In this document: one piece after another, positions 61,100 through 64,000 of the stretch
How the letters are laid out: each line of letters begins with the position of its first letter
Numbering within the stretch: position 1 is the first letter of the stretch
Program-made: the position numbers and the translations under genes
From: Tubulanus polymorphus
Taxonomy: Eukaryota > Animalia > Nemertea
Direction of reading: 5' to 3'
Assembly (NCBI RefSeq): GCF_964204645.1
Contig: NC_134025.1
Span: forward strand, 12,524,001-12,588,000
Length of the DNA stretch: 64,000 nucleotides
The notes under the pieces: generated by a model
Told to the model about the DNA's origin: nothing
What the model saw: only the letters and a program-made list of their open reading frames with translations
Database searches by the model: none

Positions 61100-61901
61100 T
61101 ATTTGTCTAACATGAAATGATTCTAAATTCACTCAGCATTTGCTTGAAATGTGATTAGAAAATTCAGTTCAGTTCTCATTACAGCTGAACCTCATTATTT
61201 ACGACTCAGATACGAAACTACATTATGACATTGATGTCCTTTGCTCATAAGATTCGTACAACAAGATTTGGCTGTATTTACAACAGAATCTTGCCATAAC
61301 GCCCTTTTAGCGGATATACTTCATATTTTCATGATTTCGTCCCAATTAAGGCAATGTAATTACATGTAATTTCGTGTTAAAACAAACAGGTTTTCTGATT
61401 CCCTGTAGTTCGTTGTAATGAGGTACGACTGTAGTACAGGTGACCTTTGTACTTGGATTTTCGAGGTGTAGGGCCTACATTCACCATTATCAGCTGTACA
61501 TGTATGTTATATTTTTTTATAGGCGCGTCCGGAATCCTAACTACTCTCCTTTTCAGAACTGAGTTTTGCTCATTCGTTATTAAAATCTTTATCTGCCCGA
61601 GAAGTAGGTGACATAAACGTGCTTACATCTTAAAATCGCCCAAAATGCACAATGAATAACACAATATCCCTCCCTGCGGATTGACTCGAGTTCCAGTTAA
61701 ATTTGCCGAATTGACCTCCCTGTGGAAAATCCGAACGATTCACATGGATAAATGTAAATACACCGCATAAAAACAAGCAAAAATGATCCAAACACAGATA
61801 AAATATATGAATTAAAAACTAACATCAGGCTAAAAAAGATATCTTATTTCTCAAACCTCAGCTGAGTACAGATGATATCGTGCCCAAAAATTGTAAAAAT
61901 A

Positions 61902-62145
61902 CAAAGCCGTTGGAATGGGGACGGCAGGGGCGGCTTTGGCCGCCCCACTATTTTGCTTAACAAAAATTTTTTATGCTTTTTTCAGTTTGTCGTTCTCTGT
62001 ACAAGGTGGTTGGCCCACGACTTCTCATGCTTCTGTGAATGAGACAGTGAAATGGCCCCAAAACGCATCTCCGGCGATTGAATTTCCCCAGACCCCCTGT
62101 TCAGAAATAAGCCACACCACTGAAAAAACCCTTCCGACGGCACTG
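61902..62145. mobile_element. Small TIR element (hAT-like MITE)
   Basis: Imperfect TIR CAAAGCCGTTGGAA / TTCCGACGGCACTG; absent from the paralogous sequence near 5610-5620. Confidence 0.55.
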
Positions 62146-62392
62146 AAATAAAAGTGCCGCTGCAATGGGTCATCTGTAAAATCATTGTAGCGGGTACCTA
62201 TATTATCTTTAATAGGACTTAATTGTATAAATAAACCTGAGTATTCATTTAATATATGTAAATCATGGCTAAATAAATAGCAGCCATATTTCAAACACAG
62301 CTGTAGTTCTCTGATGTACCGATAAGCCATTTGCTTTATGATCACATTGATAATTTCATATTGCATTATAAGGGCTATTGAGGATGTCAAGT

Positions 62393-63309
62393 TTATTTCC
62401 TTTTCCTTTTGTTCAATGTACACATGACTCCTCCTGCTGGCTTAAGAGTGGTTGCTTCGCGAAGACCACGTCCTTGTCCCGGGATCAACTCATATTCGTA
62501 CGACTGCAAAAATCTTGCCAGCAAAGTCTTGCCTTCCATCTGAAATAAAAGATTCAAGAATACAGTTTTGGTTTTTATTAGTTCAGTCAGCCAATGTCAA
62601 TCTCACGAATAAAATGAACCTACCCATGCAAAATGGCTTCCGATACATGACCTCATTCCAAGAGAGAAAGGCAGATAGCAGTACACATGGCTTAAAAAGA
62701 AGCATGAACAAATATGACATTTATTTTGCTGAGGCCATGAACCACTAACAACAGACAAATATTAGCTGAACGAAAAAACATTGTTATAGAGTGTACTTAC
62801 GTCTGACCTTCTGCAAATCTGTCGGGTTGAAACATGTCCGGATCAGTATAGTTACCAATATAACGGTGTGCAACAAAGAATGACATCTATAACAAGACGA
62901 ACAATTTCATATATCAAAAAAATGAGTACATTGTATAAGCGTCTTTGTGTTATAGTAATAATAACAATAATAAGAGTTTCTTGTATAATAAATGAGTCGT
63001 CTTTCCATGGTGATCCCATGCTCAAAGCACAGTCTCCTCATGATTTACATTGATGGGGGAGACTGTTCCACAAGTATAATGGCATTTGAATTCAATCATG
63101 AAAAATTCCTCACCAGAACGCAAGAATTAGAAGGATATTTGATTCCATTAATCTCAGTTGCACTTGGTATATCGCGAAGAGTCCCTGGAGCAGTTGGGAA
63201 CAAACGTAAACTTTCCTTCCACACCTGATCGAGATACTCAAGTTTACCAATATCGCTATATTCTAGTTGTTGTTTGTCACCCAAAACTGCTTCAATCTCT
63301 TCAATGACT
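62393..63309 (-). CDS. CYP46A1: CYP46A1-like cytochrome P450 copy B, last four exons (rest outside window)
   Basis: Exons 63114-63309, 62801-62886, 62624-62690 and 62393-62539 have the same sizes as in copy A and are open; they contain KESLR, PDRF and FSLGMRSCIG. Confidence 0.88.
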
Positions 63310-64000
63310 CTAGAAATATGTGTACATCATATAATAATGTTGAATAGACATAGAGCAGAATACAACTGTATTTACAGGTTTCCTGGGTCAGAGAAATATC
63401 TTTAGTGACATTAAAAACTAGGGAACCAGGGACACTTTACCCACTTAGAGAGTTGTCTGAAATGCTTGACAATCTGGTGAACATATTTACAGAAACCAAT
63501 GACCTTGAAACTCGTCATGATCACAGAATATGTCATGCTACTCCGCAATTGAGTGTGGTAACAATACATATGGATTCCAACACAAATGGAAATATAGTCA
63601 AAGCTTGTTATACTGCCACCGTAATATCGCCAAATTCACCTATCGCCAAAAATTTCCTTATGCACACTTCATTTGGTATCTCTGCGTATAAGTAAATAGC
63701 TTTCATTTTACCCTTCGCCATAATGCCAACCAAATCCTAGAACAATCATATTCAAACTCATTTGTTATACCACCAATGTTCTGTAATACGATACATGTGG
63801 TCGGCAGTATCACACATATAATTTTTTTCTGTTATCAAAATGAAATAAGTTAGACCTTTACCCTTCCTAAATTAAGATAAACTGATGTCTAATTCTGGAT
63901 TCTAATGTTGTAAGGGATTAGGAGGATCCTTAAATAAATTGCCCATGGGCAAAGTGCGGTTTACCTTGAAAGCTAGAGGTTGTTTGGAGTAAGGGCATTG

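Noticed and set aside
61690-61826. First (membrane-anchor) exon of CYP copy A
   Set aside because: It is a short hydrophobic frame, but it has no proline-rich hinge, and related sequence occurs inside an intron near 5480-5550.

Overview
AT-rich, intron-containing animal DNA, probably invertebrate; the species cannot be determined from the sequence. The window starts with the last five exons of PEX6 (+). Two tandem CYP46A1-like cytochrome P450 genes follow on the - strand. Copy A (exons found between 5094 and 58690) carries a premature stop and is stretched to about 54 kb by insertions. Only the last four exons of copy B (62393-63309) are in the window, and they are open. The introns of copy A hold a frameshifted peptide-receptor-like GPCR, a near full-length LINE nested in another LINE fragment, a Helentron-type non-autonomous element and small repeats. 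They also hold two related, decayed Polinton/Maverick (adintovirus-like) endogenous viruses: element 1 (22716-37146, target duplication AATGTT) and element 2 (38026-55724, target duplication CACGTT). Four features of these elements stand out. (1) 12 of the 15 identifiable ORF starts in element 2 read TAAATG, often after a T-run, which is the layout of poxvirus late promoters. (2) All four ends are 190-410 bp fold-back hairpins with compensatory changes between arms. (3) The HNH-integrase-ATPase module is inverted between the two elements, and relics of the event remain. (4) No adenain-type protease is recognisable. My inference, which is untested, is a Polinton lineage that depends on a cytoplasmic pox-like helper virus. 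Element 1 also contains a 108-bp perfect palindrome with a Penelope-type hammerhead ribozyme motif. All family assignments come from motif recognition by eye; no database searches were run.
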